Source: Candidatus Hermodarchaeota archaeon
GTDB taxonomy: Archaea > Asgardarchaeota > Lokiarchaeia > Sigyniarchaeales > SOKP01
Assembly: GCA_048885925.1 (NCBI GenBank)
Contig: JBHLLG010000060.1
Coordinates: 1-16,586, forward strand
DNA length: 16,586 bases
Direction: 5' to 3'
The number at the start of each line of letters is the position of its first letter. Within the stretch, counting starts at the first letter, position 1. The position numbers and the translations under genes were made by a program. Shown in pieces: positions 16,087-16,586 of this stretch. Under the pieces are notes generated by a model, which worked only from the letters and a program-made list of their open reading frames with translations, was not told where the DNA came from and did no database searches.

Positions 16087-16196
16087 CATTAATTTTTTAT
16101 AGCTAAGAATAATAAATATAGAATAAAACAAAAAGACAAAAACTTATAAATTTATGTGTAAATTTTTAAGTTGAGTCCATATAAAATGTTTTCATT

Positions 16197-16586
16197 ATGA
16201 CCAAATATCAATATAATTCTGAAGAAATTATTAATAAAGCTGATAAACTATATTCAAATAAGTATTTATTTGAGATAAAAAAAGTTCAAAATAATGCACC
16301 TTTATTCTCTGTAATAATTCCACTTTATAATGAAGAAAATACGATTAAAAATGTTATTCAAAGAATACCTAACCATCAGCAGTATGAAATCATTATAGTA
16401 GATGATGGCTCAACTGATAATAGTATCAAGAAAGTTCAAGAAATTAATAACAGAGCGATTAAAATAATTAAACATGAAAAAAATCAAGGTTATGGCGCAG
16501 CAATATTGACTGGTTTTGAACATGCTATTGGAGATATTTTAATCACTCTAGATTCTGATGGACAACATAATCCTGAAGAAATTCCC
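16197..16586 (+). CDS. Glycosyltransferase family 2, DPM1-like; 3' end runs off the window
   Basis: Hand-translated, not in the track: MTKYQYNSEE...LFSVIIPLYNEE...EIIIVDDGSTD...HEKNQGYGAAILTGFEHAIGDILITLDSDGQHNPEEIP; 130 codons open to the edge. Confidence 0.92.
   Translation, partial: MTKYQYNSEEIINKADKLYSNKYLFEIKKVQNNAPLFSVIIPLYNEENTIKNVIQRIPNHQQYEIIIVDDGSTDNSIKKVQEINNRAIKIIKHEKNQGYGAAILTGFEHAIGDILITLDSDGQHNPEEIP

Overview
Very AT-rich archaeal-looking window; the gene content suggests an Asgard archaeon (Lokiarchaeia-like), inferred from a roadblock gene next to a longin-small GTPase fusion. The left end (1-1592, minus strand) holds a roadblock/LC7-type gene followed by an ORF missing from the supplied track. 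That ORF encodes longin + Arf-like GTPase + three-helix MIT/TPR-like domain + the start of a Pro-rich tail, runs off the window, and appears to start at a non-canonical ATT behind a GGTGA ribosome-binding site. After a UPF0280/ApbE-like gene, the rest is a cell-surface glycosylation locus: GT-C-type membrane protein, NDP-sugar epimerase, flippase, GT4 and two GT2s. Inside it is a CDP-activated headgroup module: CDP-alcohol phosphotransferase, Thr-type alkaline-phosphatase-superfamily enzyme, LicC/PntC-like cytidylyltransferase, GlpT/UhpT-family transporter and SAM methyltransferase. The apparent intergenic gap at 5870-6190 contains a truncated, frameshifted phosphonopyruvate decarboxylase-like remnant. 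Together these suggest phosphonate (C-P) decoration of glycans or lipids, possibly shifted from synthesis to salvage. I saw no RNA genes, CRISPR arrays or mobile elements. All family calls come from motif recognition by eye; no searches were run.
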